From assembly GCA_938083505.1 (NCBI GenBank), contig CALKCF010000002.1, positions 128,001 to 192,000 on the forward strand: 64,000 bases of DNA. The letters are read 5' to 3'. A program made the translations under genes and the position numbers. The stretch's first letter is position 1. The number at the start of each line of letters is the position of its first letter. A model generated the notes under the pieces. It worked only from the letters and a program-made list of their open reading frames with translations. It was not told where the DNA came from and did no database searches. Origin of the DNA: an uncultured archaeon. GTDB taxonomy: Archaea > Thermoproteota > Nitrososphaeria_A > Caldarchaeales > Wolframiiraptoraceae. Below are positions 29,314 to 41,458 of this stretch, one piece after another.

Positions 29314-30607
29314 GCTTTGTTGCTTTAACCTCTACCTCTTCAATCTCCTCTGGCTTACCTGATAAGTAAGATAACTCGGATCCTGATAGTTCGAAAAATC
29401 TTGCAAGAGCTTTTGCAACATTACCATCTTTCTTGGATATGAAGCTCAGGAAAGGAAGCATCTCGATGTTTGCCTTATATGAAGACATGCGACATTTTGA
29501 GGCTATCTTGCTAGCTATACCGTTCCTTAGTTCCCTTTCATGTTTCGTGGCCTGAAGCATCTTAATTCTTTGTGGGAATGAGAATTTGACAAAACCTTTC
29601 GATGTTTTCTTCTTGGAGATTGCAATACCACCGGTCATTATGGGCACTGCATATCTAAGCAGATTCCATCTTTGCATTTTCTTTATTTTTGTGAAGTATA
29701 GGTCGGCCCTTGCAAGGAAGTCCATAGCACGCTCAAGATCCTCGGGGTCTGTCAGCTGTTGCGGAACATTGTCTAAGACCCAGTCGAAAAAGGTATCAAT
29801 ATCCACATCTATGTTTTCTGTTGATGCCCATGCTTCTTTGATAGTTTTTGCATGAAATACTTGAACCAATGCCGAGAATATCTCCTTGACCCTATCTCTA
29901 TAACCTAACGCTACCAACGTAGAGCCGTTTATTTTTGGCCCTACCATCGCTAATGCTTGAAGGTCGTTTATCGCGGACCTTACATCGCCGTTTGACCTTT
30001 CTGCTATTGCCTTCAGCACACCGTCGCTACATTCCAATTTCTCTAGTATACATATCTTTCTCAAATGGGAGATTATGAGTTGCTTATGTACATGTTTGAA
30101 TTCTATCATTTCACACATTTCCCTTATTGTGGCTAACCTCTGGTCCCACGGGTCGTTTGCAACGAGTACAATAGGCACCTTAGTTTTCTCTATCGCCTCT
30201 TTTATGGCTGGTATCCCTCCAGTATCCTCATGACCTGCTATACCATCTACTTCGTCAACCAAAATTATTCTCTTCCTCATACCGTCGAGTGTTGCAAACT
30301 CGCATGCAGAGCCTACGATCATCCTAACCTTCTCAGCAGTTCTCCAGTCGCTAGCATTTACCTCAACTAGGTCGTATCCTTTTTCCGTGGCGTATGCTAT
30401 AACCAACGATGTCTTACCTACACCAGCGGGCCCATATAGGAACGCTGCCTTCTTTGATGGTTTTCCCTTTTCCCAAGACGTCATCCAATTAAGGAATGCT
30501 TCTATTGCTTCTTTGTTACCGATCACTTCTGAGACTCTTTTCGGCCTGTACTTCTCTACCCAAATAGTAGGGCGTTCCTTATCCGCTGTTATTGCCATCA
30601 CTAACAA
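29267..30607 (-). CDS. rfcL: Replication factor C large subunit
   Basis: WVEKYRP, GPAGVGKT, EVNASD, DEVDG, GDVRSAINDLQ. Confidence 0.93.
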   Translation of the reverse strand: MLVMAITADKERPTIWVEKYRPKRVSEVIGNKEAIEAFLNWMTSWEKGKPSKKAAFLYGPAGVGKTSLVIAYATEKGYDLVEVNASDWRTAEKVRMIVGSACEFATLDGMRKRIILVDEVDGIAGHEDTGGIPAIKEAIEKTKVPIVLVANDPWDQRLATIREMCEMIEFKHVHKQLIISHLRKICILEKLECSDGVLKAIAERSNGDVRSAINDLQALAMVGPKINGSTLVALGYRDRVKEIFSALVQVFHAKTIKEAWASTENIDVDIDTFFDWVLDNVPQQLTDPEDLERAMDFLARADLYFTKIKKMQRWNLLRYAVPIMTGGIAISKKKTSKGFVKFSFPQRIKMLQATKHERELRNGIASKIASKCRMSSYKANIEMLPFLSFISKKDGNVAKALARFFELSGSELSYLSGKPEEIEEVEVKATKPKRTSSARKRSGKSA

Positions 30608-30717
30608 ATTTTATTCCAAGCTAATATAAGTTTCACTGAGCCTAATAACTCGCAGACCTATACAAGTTGTTTGTAAATGAATTTTCAGACATTGGTCAAG
30701 TGGTTAAATCCCATCAC

Positions 30718-31722
30718 TTATTTTTTGGTAATTGTGGCTAATTTGGCAAGGAAACTCATAATCTGTACTTCTTCTGATGCACCTTCTGCTATTCTGTAGT
30801 CAATCTCGCCCAAGACATCGAGTAGCTCGACCTTTGATTCCTCCGGAATGTTTAGCGCAAAAATCTCCCTGTAAATTGCCGAGATGAGGTCCCTACCGGC
30901 TATTCCTTGCAAATATAGAATAGCCCTGAGCGCGTCCCTTGCTTCTATAAACTTACCAGACATCGCGTATTCTAGTATCCTCCTGACGTCGCCTCTACTC
31001 ACATACCCTATGACAGTATAAACAGCCTTCTCATCCACAGTCTTTCCGAGTGTAGAAGCTGCCTGTAGGATATTTATGCATTTTCTCATATCTCCTTGTG
31101 CGAAGTCGTATATTGCATCGATGGCCTCATCATCTATCTCCAAACCTTCTGCCTTTGCTATCTTCTTTAAATGGGATGCTACATCGGCCTTGGTTAGGGG
31201 TTTAAACCTAAAGATTGCGCACCTTGACTGTATTGGCTCGATTATCCTGTTGCTGTAGTTGGCTACGAGTATGAACCTACATGTCAAGGAGAATTGCTCC
31301 ATCACACGTCTGAAGGCATGCTGAGCATCGTCAGTGAGCTGGTCACTTTCATCCAAGAGAAGTATTCTGAAGCCAACATTACTGAACGGAATAGACCTCG
31401 CGTACATCTTAACCTTTTCACGGATGGTTGCTATACCGCGCTCGTCGGACGCATTGATTTCCACGAATAGTCCGTCTTTTATATAACCATCGCCATACAG
31501 ATCTCTTGCAAATGCATGCGCTGTCGCGGTCTTTCCCGTACCAGGTGGTCCAGTGAATAGCATATGCGGGACTGCCTTTGTCTTGAGAATGTTTTTTAGA
31601 CTAGAAACTACTTCATGCTGGTTCACTATCTCATCGAGTGCCGCGGGTCTATACTTCTCAATCCAGGGCAGCATACTTACCGCAGACAACTCACGGTCAG
31701 CTTGAGTAACATCCTTAGGCAT
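30718..31722 (-). CDS. rfcS: Replication factor C small subunit
   Basis: WIEKYRP, GPPGTGKT, NASDERG, IIEPIQSRC; no intein. Confidence 0.95.
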   Translation of the reverse strand: MPKDVTQADRELSAVSMLPWIEKYRPAALDEIVNQHEVVSSLKNILKTKAVPHMLFTGPPGTGKTATAHAFARDLYGDGYIKDGLFVEINASDERGIATIREKVKMYARSIPFSNVGFRILLLDESDQLTDDAQHAFRRVMEQFSLTCRFILVANYSNRIIEPIQSRCAIFRFKPLTKADVASHLKKIAKAEGLEIDDEAIDAIYDFAQGDMRKCINILQAASTLGKTVDEKAVYTVIGYVSRGDVRRILEYAMSGKFIEARDALRAILYLQGIAGRDLISAIYREIFALNIPEESKVELLDVLGEIDYRIAEGASEEVQIMSFLAKLATITKK

Positions 31723-31814
31723 AATAAAGATTACTTCGGAACTCTGTAGAAATTTACTTCTATACTGTTCGAGCTCACATTTTTATATCCCATTTATATT
31801 GATAACTTTAAGAT

Positions 31815-32117
31815 ATGGTGATGGGAAAGAACTTATCTTGCATTTGTGGTGCACCTATCGATATCTCGTCACTTATCATAGAAAAAATTGGAGAAGAAAA
31901 TTACAAAATAATATGTCCATCATCAAGATGTCCTTTACGTGAGTTAGGATTCGTAAAAGTAATTCACCACTCGAATCCAAAGTTTGAGGTCAAGTTTTCA
32001 AGAATGTTCAAGGACTGGAATGTATTGCTCGTCGGTAGAGAAAGTTGCGACAAGCTCCTACGTGAACTGCTGAAGCAAATCTCTTTGAGGCTCAAAAAGT
32101 TTTTATTTAACGTTTAA
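31815..32117 (+). CDS. Hypothetical Cys-containing protein
   Basis: Open 100-aa frame with CxC and CxxxxC pairs. Confidence 0.55.
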   Translation: MVMGKNLSCICGAPIDISSLIIEKIGEENYKIICPSSRCPLRELGFVKVIHHSNPKFEVKFSRMFKDWNVLLVGRESCDKLLRELLKQISLRLKKFLFNV

Positions 32118-32741
32118 ATAACGGCGTTAATCTATTTTGAAACTGTACAGCTTATATTCAAGAACACTTATGGGTTCTGTAATCAAAATAGTCTAATGGA
32201 CGACATTAAGTGTGTTCTCACAAATTACGGTGTCTCCATAAAAAACGTGGAGAAGATGCGGAGAACACGTCTGGAAGATAATCGCGGAGAAAGAGAATGT
32301 AGGTATCCTCGTCAATATCTCCTGCAAAAGTGTGCCGATAAAGGAGCTGCCCGCATTCCACTCAAGTGATCTTTCTAGGAACATCTCAATCTGCGAGGTT
32401 GAATTGTACAGCAGTGGTAACGATAGTTTTAATGAGTCAATTTAAGAGAAGGTTCGAATTAGGACTGTTTAGAGCTGGGGGAGTTTAATTAATAATTCTG
32501 CGGTTCATAACACTGGGACCTAAACGGTGCTTAATCTCATGTTTGAGAGTCTTTGTTTGATCCTTCTACGCAGATAACCTACTTGGGCGTCTTCATTAAT
32601 TTCGACCATAAATGAGTTTGGATGCATTCGAAGTTTTGCGCCCATAGAAGTACAACATAGAGGTAGAAGACTCGATGGGCTTTTCAGCCCTTTCCACTTC
32701 CTAGGGGGCGTTCTCCAGGCAGGGGAAGCATGTTAAACGAT

Positions 32742-34265
<1,524 letters not shown>

Positions 34266-34473
34266 CAGGCCTGGAGAAGTACGCCGCATCCCTAGGAATT
34301 TATGGGGGCTGAAAGCCCATGATTAGACCTTAAGCCATCCAATGCTTAGGGTCCTCATTTTGTTCCACGGCCAGGAGGCCGCCCTTACATCTAATGGGCT
34401 CCCACACCCTACGTGTTTGAGGGCGGTACCGCCGTCGAGCCGTGGAGTTCTGCACATTATTGTAATCGCTGCC

Positions 34474-34486
34474 TGTTTATATAGTT
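34474..34486 (-). promoter_or_regulatory. Probable TATA box of the 16S transcript
   Basis: TATATAAA on minus strand ~25-30 nt upstream of GC-rich leader. Confidence 0.5.
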
Positions 34487-34613
34487 TACATAGATTATGT
34501 TTAAAAGGCTTTTTTAGGGTTAAAGGGCTCCTTATACTCCTCAGGTTCTTAAGATACTAAAAAGTCAGACAACCCATGTATTTTTATCTCTTCGACGGCT
34601 ATTTTTTAGTGAA

Positions 34614-34708
34614 GGCCGCGGCTGGGATTCGAACCCAGGCAGCCGGCTCCACAGGCCGGAAGGCTAAACCGCTACCTCTGCGTCCACATTATAGTGGCCA
34701 CCGCGGCC
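34614..34708 (-). tRNA. tRNA-His(GTG) with encoded G-1 and 21-nt intron (34678-34698) at 9/10
   Basis: G-GCCGCGG TG|intron|AGGT AGCGGTTTA GCCT T CCGGC CT GTG GA GCCGG ... TTCGAAT CCCAG CCGCGGC C. Confidence 0.85.
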
Positions 34709-34786
34709 AACCGCGGCCGCTTATTCATTAGAACGAGCTTATCCTTAAGTGTTTCAGTCAGACTTAAAAAATTAAAGCATTGTAAT

Positions 34787-35086
34787 TTATTTCCCCTCTT
34801 TGCCTCTGTGCAGCGCGCCCTTAGGGTCTTTAATGAATAATATTATTTCCCAGACCGTTAACGCAGATAGTAGGAGGATGAAGCCGAGGACTGTAGCTTC
34901 AACAGACATCTCTATGAACTCACTACCTTCCATGAGGTAACCCATGAGTCGGTCGATGAAGGCCATTATGGTCGCGCCCCAAAATATCAGGCTCAGCAGC
35001 TTAAACATGTAGACGTCGTTTTCAGCTTTGGAGTACCATATCGCGCTCGATAGTACCGCGGCCATCGCTAATATTATGAGCCACAC
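34787..35086 (-). CDS. Small 3-TM membrane protein
   Basis: GTG start (MWLII...), LIFWGATIMAFID. Confidence 0.7.
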   Translation of the reverse strand: MWLIILAMAAVLSSAIWYSKAENDVYMFKLLSLIFWGATIMAFIDRLMGYLMEGSEFIEMSVEATVLGFILLLSALTVWEIILFIKDPKGALHRGKEGK

Positions 35087-35157
35087 GGTTCTTAATGAAA
35101 ATGTTACCTTTATATAGGTGTTACTCTTCTTAAAATTAGTATTACGGAGGGTATAAA

Positions 35158-35523
35158 ATGGCGTGCTTCTTAGTTCCAATGGTGCTGGCGATTATAATAT
35201 CGCTCGTCCAAAAGATTGTGCGAAATCTTGCTGAAAAAATTAAACTCTGGATTCTCAACGCACTGCTTTGGGGTGGAGTAATACTGCTAGCGATTGAACA
35301 CGTCTGGCATGGTGAAGTCGTTCCTTGGCCACCGTTCTTGACAGCCATGACAAACCCACTTAACATATCGACAATGTTACATGAAATGCTCACAGTAGGC
35401 ATAATGATGTCCGTCGTAACGTTAGCGACATGGGGAGTGATGCTCGTGGTGTCTGATTATATGCAGAAGATAGCAGTGCTGAGGGGTTTTGCGCATGCAA
35501 AAAAACCAACTACCACACGTTAA
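35158..35523 (+). CDS. Small membrane protein
   Basis: MACFLVP, LWGGVILLAIEHVWHGEVVPWPPFLTAM. Confidence 0.75.
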   Translation: MACFLVPMVLAIIISLVQKIVRNLAEKIKLWILNALLWGGVILLAIEHVWHGEVVPWPPFLTAMTNPLNISTMLHEMLTVGIMMSVVTLATWGVMLVVSDYMQKIAVLRGFAHAKKPTTTR

Positions 35524-35647
35524 ACCTCCCCTTTTATTTGGTGCAAATAGAATACCTTTTAACTTCACGAAGATTTTTGAGAAATCCAGCTTCCTTATTT
35601 CCTTTAAGGAACTTTTGTGAGTATCTTATTCTACCAATGAGCTGAAA

Positions 35648-35725
35648 TGGCGGGCCCGGTGGGATTCGAACCCACGACCTACGGCTTAGGAGGCCGCCGC
35701 CCTATCCATTCTAGGCCACGGGCCC
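35648..35725 (-). tRNA. tRNA-Arg(CCT), intron-less, CCA encoded
   Basis: GGGCCCG...GCGGC CT CCT AA GCCGT...TTCGAAT...CGGGCCC G CCA. Confidence 0.95.
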
Positions 35726-35778
35726 AAAAATTTTAAAATGACGATACATATTTAAACGTAAACCAAAGGTTAAGAGCG

Positions 35779-36522
35779 ATGTTCATCGATGTGCACTGCC
35801 ACCTGACAGATGAAGCCATAAGGGCAAACCTAACGAAATTAATAGAGGACGCTAAGAATTCCGGGATAGGTATAATTGTAACGTCAGGGCTTGGTTATGA
35901 AGATTGTTTAAAGGCTTTAGAGATATCCGATTACAAGATGATCTTCCCATCATTAGGGATAATGTCATATGAGCTTGAGGGTTATGAAAGTGTGTTAAAT
36001 TTGATAGAGAAGAATGCTAAGAAGATCGTTGCCATAGGAGAGGTCGGACTTGATTTTCATATAAGCGTCAAGTCAGATAAAGAATTGCAAAAAAGAGTTT
36101 TCAAAGAATTCATAACACTGTCCTCGGACTTAGACCTTCCATTGATAGTACACTCCAGAAGTGCTGGAAGGCATGCGTTAAAGATTTTAATAGAGTGTAA
36201 CGCGAAGAACGTAATAATGCATGCATTCGATGGTTCGTCGTCCCATTCGCTAATTGGTATCGAAAAAGGTTATTTCTTTAGCATACCACCTTCTGTCGTT
36301 AGGAGCGTCCAGAAACAAAAGCTCGTAAGCAAGCTACCTTTGGACAACATCTTGCTAGAATCCGACGCTCCCGCTCTGTCTCCAGTTCCTGGTAGCACAA
36401 ATGTTCCATCTAATGTGAGAATATCAGCAGAAGTTGTGAGTAAAATAAAGGGAATTTCGTTGAAGAAGGTAGAAGAGATCACAACAGAAAATGCTATGAG
36501 GATACTTAGGATACGAGCTTAG
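35779..36522 (+). CDS. tatD: TatD family hydrolase
   Basis: DVHCHL, IGEVGLD, VHSR, MHAF, LESDAP. Confidence 0.93.
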   Translation: MFIDVHCHLTDEAIRANLTKLIEDAKNSGIGIIVTSGLGYEDCLKALEISDYKMIFPSLGIMSYELEGYESVLNLIEKNAKKIVAIGEVGLDFHISVKSDKELQKRVFKEFITLSSDLDLPLIVHSRSAGRHALKILIECNAKNVIMHAFDGSSSHSLIGIEKGYFFSIPPSVVRSVQKQKLVSKLPLDNILLESDAPALSPVPGSTNVPSNVRISAEVVSKIKGISLKKVEEITTENAMRILRIRA

Positions 36523-36526
36523 AAAT

Positions 36527-37744
36527 TTAAGGACCTATATAGCCGAGAGATGTTTGACAGATCACTGTCTTAAGTCCAATACCCTTTAAAGTCTTCCAAA
36601 CGTTTAACATCTCCGTATAGCTAGGCCTGGAGATCGTAACATTCCTAAACTCTGGCCTATAGTCAAGGACGCAAATCTGTACGCTCTCGTCTATCTTTGC
36701 AACCCTCTCGCCGATCATTATCATCTCATCCATGCTGATAAGCGCCTTGTTGTATGGTATGCCAACACCGATGAATAACCTTTCTTTGTAATTGTCTACT
36801 AGGTACCTAAACGCATCCCAAGACGTTTTTAGATACTTCTCGGCGAGCTCGCGGTCTTTTATACCGGTTATTCTCATGAAAGTTTCAACTTTCAATCCCT
36901 TGAGGTCAGGCCCTATGTCTGTCATTCCTACATCAACAAGTTCGTCTATATAATCTCTCGTGAGTATCGTCGCATTTGTATCTATATGTATCCTTACATC
37001 GCTGTCTTGGTTAAGTTCCTTTAACGTTTTAACATAACTTAAGAGCCATTTTCTATTGAGTGTGCTTTCGCCTCCTGATATGGCCATCCTGTTCACTCGA
37101 TACCTCTTTCTCATGTAAGTTGTTATTCTCGCCGCCTCGGAAGGTGATATGGGTCTACCTTTACCGCAATAAGTCGTTGTCCAATTTTGGCATTGTGGAC
37201 ACCTTAGGTTGCATCCGCATGAAAAGCATGCAATCTCTATGTATTTATCACATTTTAGCCACCAAGGTGTTCCCACACCACCAACCGGATGGTCCGTCCA
37301 ATCGTGCAGTATCCTCTTCGGAACATAGTTTTCTGGAAGTTCTGTTGATATTTCCATACCTTCTTTGACGCTGGTGATACAGCTCAGCATCAGTTCACCG
37401 TTCATTAGCACTACACAAGAGTAACAACCTCCGACAGAACATGGGGCGAATATACTGTCCTTCTCTGGAAAGCTTGAGAATCTATACCCGATTGGTTCTA
37501 AAGCTACCTTTACGGTACTCCTTTCTGGTACCCAGAACTATTCAGCATTTACTTTAATCTTGATATCCTTTGTTTTTGTCCTCTCGAACATACTAATAGC
37601 ATTCCCTGGGCACGCTAGTTGGCATGCGCCACAACCGATGCACAGATCTTCCAAGAATAGCTTTCCGGCAGGGCATGCTACTATCTCCTCGCATGCGCCA
37701 CATCCCAAGCACCTATCTGGTATTCTTTTAGTAAATCTTAACAT
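36527..37744 (-). pseudogene. Ferredoxin-fused radical SAM protein (PFL-activase-like) interrupted by one in-frame TAG (37538-37540)
   Basis: 2x[4Fe-4S] N-terminus, CSVGGCYSC..C, CNLRCPQCQN, ISGGE; both ORFs in same frame. Confidence 0.8.
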
Positions 37745-37903
37745 TCAAGCAAAAATTATTTTTGTGCCAGTTAAGGTTAATCCTAAACCTGAAAAATTTA
37801 AGCATAAAGGCTTGTAGGTAACTGTATTTAAACGTGAGCCTAAACTGTTATAAAACAACACTTAATAGCACCTCTAAGCCCTTTACCAAAAGGGTAAGCC
37901 GCC

Positions 37904-38293
37904 TTGGGAGGCCCTAAGAAACCCACGTTGTCCCAGATTGAAAAGAAGCAAAGGAAGACACAACAAAAGCCTTCCGAGAAGAAGGAGTCAGCGCCGCAGA
38001 AGTACATAGGCAGCATAGCCTTACCAGATGAGAGGGACGTCGTAAACTACATCAAGAGCATGAAGTATGCTACGCCATACCTAATTTCTGAGAAATACGG
38101 AATCAGGCTGTCCGTTGCAAAGAACCTATTGAATAGTCTGGCATCAAAGGGATTGCTCGTGCCAATAGTCGGCGATAACAGGTTAAGGATATTTGCGCCA
38201 GCGCATGCCATAGCAGAGCCCGTAAAAACTCTGGAGGTAGTAAAAAAATCCGAGCCTACGGAGACAAAATCCAAGTCAAAAAAGAAGAAATAA
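37904..38293 (+). CDS. rps25e: 30S ribosomal protein S25e
   Basis: MGGPKKPTLSQIEK, YATPYLISEKYGIRLSVAK. Confidence 0.85.
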   Translation: MGGPKKPTLSQIEKKQRKTQQKPSEKKESAPQKYIGSIALPDERDVVNYIKSMKYATPYLISEKYGIRLSVAKNLLNSLASKGLLVPIVGDNRLRIFAPAHAIAEPVKTLEVVKKSEPTETKSKSKKKK

Positions 38294-38297
38294 GTTT

Positions 38298-38669
38298 TTA
38301 ACTTTTGATGACCCTTATTCTGACTCCGGGCCTCGTCTTTGCGAGTACAGTTAAATCACCAGATAATTTTCCGACTTTCACTGTCTGAGCATAAGGCTTA
38401 GCTTTCTTGAAGACGAAACCCAGGGCGCCGGTTGGAGGCCAGAAGATCATGTCACCGTGCTCCACTTCTTCTACTGACCTTTCAGCACCTCTCACTACAT
38501 GAGTTTCTATGTAAACCGCATAATCCCAAAGCCCAGCCATACCTTCTATCGGCAAGAGCCTTACGAGTTCTGTCACCGTCGCTGGTGCTAAAAATTTTAT
38601 CAGCTCGGCCTCATATTCGCCCACATTCTCGATCCAAACTTTCACCGGAACCCTTATCGGAACTGACAT
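38298..38669 (-). CDS. Cyclophilin-like fold protein
   Basis: LAPATV..LPIEG, GDMIFWPP, VGK. Confidence 0.75.
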   Translation of the reverse strand: MSVPIRVPVKVWIENVGEYEAELIKFLAPATVTELVRLLPIEGMAGLWDYAVYIETHVVRGAERSVEEVEHGDMIFWPPTGALGFVFKKAKPYAQTVKVGKLSGDLTVLAKTRPGVRIRVIKS

Positions 38670-38676
38670 ACCCAGC

Positions 38677-39924
38677 TTACTCACCATACATTGGAACTTT
38701 ACCTAGGTAATTCATAATTATTGACATAAGTTCAACCCCTCTTATTCTACCGAGTGTGCCTACTGCGCAAGATATTTCGTCAAACTTCTTAACATTCCCA
38801 TACCTTGCACCCGGCGCGTACAAAGCCACAGGAACTGGGTCACCAGTGTGTTCTCCAACCTCCGATGGTGTTGTGTGGTCGCTCGTTATAACTATGCATG
38901 TTTCTTCTAAGTTTACCTCTGATATTATTGTGGAGAATGCTGCATCTATTTTTGATATTATTTCGACCTTCTTTGTTGGATTTTTATCATGGCTTACGAT
39001 ATCTGTCGCTTTAATGTGCACGAGTACAACATCATAAACCTTAATGGCGTTTATTGCCGCCCTCATCTTAGCATCCAAGTTCGTGTCCACCGTACCTGTT
39101 GCACCTTTCACTTCGAGAACGTCAAAACCTACCGCCTTGCATACGCCCTTATAAACGGCACCACCTGCTATGACTACGGCCTTAACGCCGAATTTCATCG
39201 GAAACTTCTCTATCACCGGCAGGGTTCCAGCACCCCTTGGCAATACTATATTGGCCGGGGGTTGACCACGCTTTGTCCTACGTTTATTAACCTCGTGTTC
39301 TGTGAGCACCTTTCTCGAAATTTCAACGAACTCGTTCAAAGCGTCTGCTGTCTTTTTCGCAGCAGAGGAATCCGTTAATGGTTTGGAGTGTAAGAACTTC
39401 ACACCTGTTTTGTGAGGGTCGACGTCGGAAACGAATCTTGATAAACCCTCGTCCCTTAATATTAACACGCCCCTGTGCTCTACCGTGTGCTTAAAAAGAA
39501 CTTCGACATCCGAGCTTCTTGTGAGTCTTATACCATTTAAGCTTTCTGATAAAATTTTGGCATCTTCGTTAGATATCCTTCCTGCCCTTCTGTCAATCAC
39601 TGTACCATCATCGCTTACGGTAGCAAAGTTACACCTGAAGGCTACGTCATTAGGTTCGAGCTCTATACCAGCACCCAAGGCCTCGAAGGCACCCCTACCT
39701 GTATAATACTTATAGGGCTCATAACCAAGCATAGCCAGATGAGCTACGTCGCTACCAGGCGGCACTCCCGGCGATATCACATCCATCAAACCGCACTCAC
39801 CTCTCGACGCTACCCAGTCAAAGGACTTTGGCCTTGTCACTTGAAGTGGTGTGAGTCCTCCAAGCGTTGAGCATCGTCTATCCGCCATGCCGTCGCACAC
39901 TAAGATGATGGCTTTGGATATCAC
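38677..39924 (-). CDS. apgM: 2,3-BPG-independent phosphoglycerate mutase
   Basis: DGMADR, PGSDVAH, GRGAFEALG, DRRAGRI, TSDHTTP. Confidence 0.95.
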   Translation of the reverse strand: MISKAIILVCDGMADRRCSTLGGLTPLQVTRPKSFDWVASRGECGLMDVISPGVPPGSDVAHLAMLGYEPYKYYTGRGAFEALGAGIELEPNDVAFRCNFATVSDDGTVIDRRAGRISNEDAKILSESLNGIRLTRSSDVEVLFKHTVEHRGVLILRDEGLSRFVSDVDPHKTGVKFLHSKPLTDSSAAKKTADALNEFVEISRKVLTEHEVNKRRTKRGQPPANIVLPRGAGTLPVIEKFPMKFGVKAVVIAGGAVYKGVCKAVGFDVLEVKGATGTVDTNLDAKMRAAINAIKVYDVVLVHIKATDIVSHDKNPTKKVEIISKIDAAFSTIISEVNLEETCIVITSDHTTPSEVGEHTGDPVPVALYAPGARYGNVKKFDEISCAVGTLGRIRGVELMSIIMNYLGKVPMYGE

Positions 39925-40046
39925 GTAGAACTACGCATTATACTAATGTTTAAGTTTTGTCTGACTTTGTTTTTACTTAGAGTCATCTGAAATAGCGCAT
40001 ATTTTGCTAGCGTTTAAATATCTCGTTGAAAACTGTTGATAAGGGA

Positions 40047-41051
40047 ATGGGTCAGAAGGAAAAAGTGAAAGAGAAGGAGAAAAAGACGTTTGTGGATATA
40101 GAGGATTTGCCGTCAGTCGGTCAGGCCACAGCAGAAAAGCTCAGGGAGATAGGGTATAGTACAATAGAGGCATTAGCGACTGCGACGGTATCAGAGCTGG
40201 TTGCTGCTGGTATCGGAGAGAAAAAGGCAGCTGAGATAATAGCCGCAGCTAGACAAGCGATAGAGATCTCATGGGTGACAGCAAAGGACCTAGCATCGCT
40301 TAGGATGAATGTTGGTAGGATAACGACAGGTGTCAAACAGTTAGATGCTTTAATAGGTGGCGGTGTAGAGACGCAAAGCATAACTGAGTTCTATGGTGAG
40401 TTTGGTAGCGGAAAGTCTCAACTATGCCACCAATTGGCCGTATGCGTACAACTGCCTCCTGAAAGGGGTGGTTTGAACGGTGCGGCGCTTTACATAGATA
40501 CGGAGAATACGTTCAGGATCGAGAGGGTTGAAAACATTGCAAAGCGCTTCGGGCTAGATTTTGAAGAAGTATCCAAAAGGATAATATACGCTGAAGCATA
40601 TACGAGTGACCATCAGATGCTACTTCTTGAAAAATCCGATAGAGTGATAAAGGAAAACAACGTGAGATTAATAATAATTGATTCGTTGACGTCCCACTTC
40701 AGAAGCGAATACATCGGCAGACAGACACTGGCTGAGAGGCAACAAAAACTTAACAAGCACCTCCATAAACTGATAAGGCTTGCGAGAGCTTTCAACGCGG
40801 CTGCTGTGGTGACCAACCAAGTTATGGCAAGGCCGGATGAGTTCTTCTCACCGGCAGCCGTTTCACCAGTAGGTGGACATATAGTCGGTCATACGAGTCA
40901 CACCAGGGTATTCCTTCGCAAATCTGTTGGTAGAAACATAAGAATAGCGAGGCTTGTCTCGAGCCCCTATTTACCCGAAGGAGAGGCTGTGTTTAAGATA
41001 ACCGAGAATGGTTTAGAAGATGTAGAAGAGGATGAGCTTAAGTCTAGGTGA
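40047..41051 (+). CDS. radA: DNA repair and recombination protein RadA
   Basis: N-terminal Hh[30 protein letters not shown]; no intein. Confidence 0.97.
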   Translation: MGQKEKVKEKEKKTFVDIEDLPSVGQATAEKLREIGYSTIEALATATVSELVAAGIGEKKAAEIIAAARQAIEISWVTAKDLASLRMNVGRITTGVKQLDALIGGGVETQSITEFYGEFGSGKSQLCHQLAVCVQLPPERGGLNGAALYIDTENTFRIERVENIAKRFGLDFEEVSKRIIYAEAYTSDHQMLLLEKSDRVIKENNVRLIIIDSLTSHFRSEYIGRQTLAERQQKLNKHLHKLIRLARAFNAAAVVTNQVMARPDEFFSPAAVSPVGGHIVGHTSHTRVFLRKSVGRNIRIARLVSSPYLPEGEAVFKITENGLEDVEEDELKSR

Positions 41052-41056
41052 TTCAC

Positions 41057-41458
41057 ATGCCACAACTCAACAAAATGATAAAGACTTTCTACATCACACT
41101 GTTTAGTGGTAAAATTTCAGAAGCTGAGAAGGTTCTGGAGAAAATTAAGAAAAACTTGAGCGATGAAAACGACACAGGTTATTATAATGCACTCTACGGC
41201 ATATACTATGCTTATATAAATGATGATTTTGAATCCTTCGTGTATAAGATTTGGGTGGATGAGAGATTAAAGAAGCATAGGAGGAAGCTGGCAGAAGAAT
41301 TTGAGAAGAAAGCTAAGCTACCATTTACAACAAACCCAGGTTTTTACAGGGCATGGTCAGATTTCCTCAACATGCTTCACGAGTTACCAGTTCCTCATAA
41401 AATCCCGCGAGGAGAGTCATCCAAAGAGTATGTTATAAAAGAGTATCCAACTCACTAA
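41057..41458 (+). CDS. Hypothetical helical protein
   Basis: Open frame after GGTGA; GYYNALYG...GFYRAW. Confidence 0.65.
   Translation: MPQLNKMIKTFYITLFSGKISEAEKVLEKIKKNLSDENDTGYYNALYGIYYAYINDDFESFVYKIWVDERLKKHRRKLAEEFEKKAKLPFTTNPGFYRAWSDFLNMLHELPVPHKIPRGESSKEYVIKEYPTH

Noticed and set aside
34709-34718. Upstream GGCCGCGGTT copy as the true 5' exon of tRNA-His
   Set aside because: Gives U9 and loses the inner helix next to the BHB; the second copy fits better
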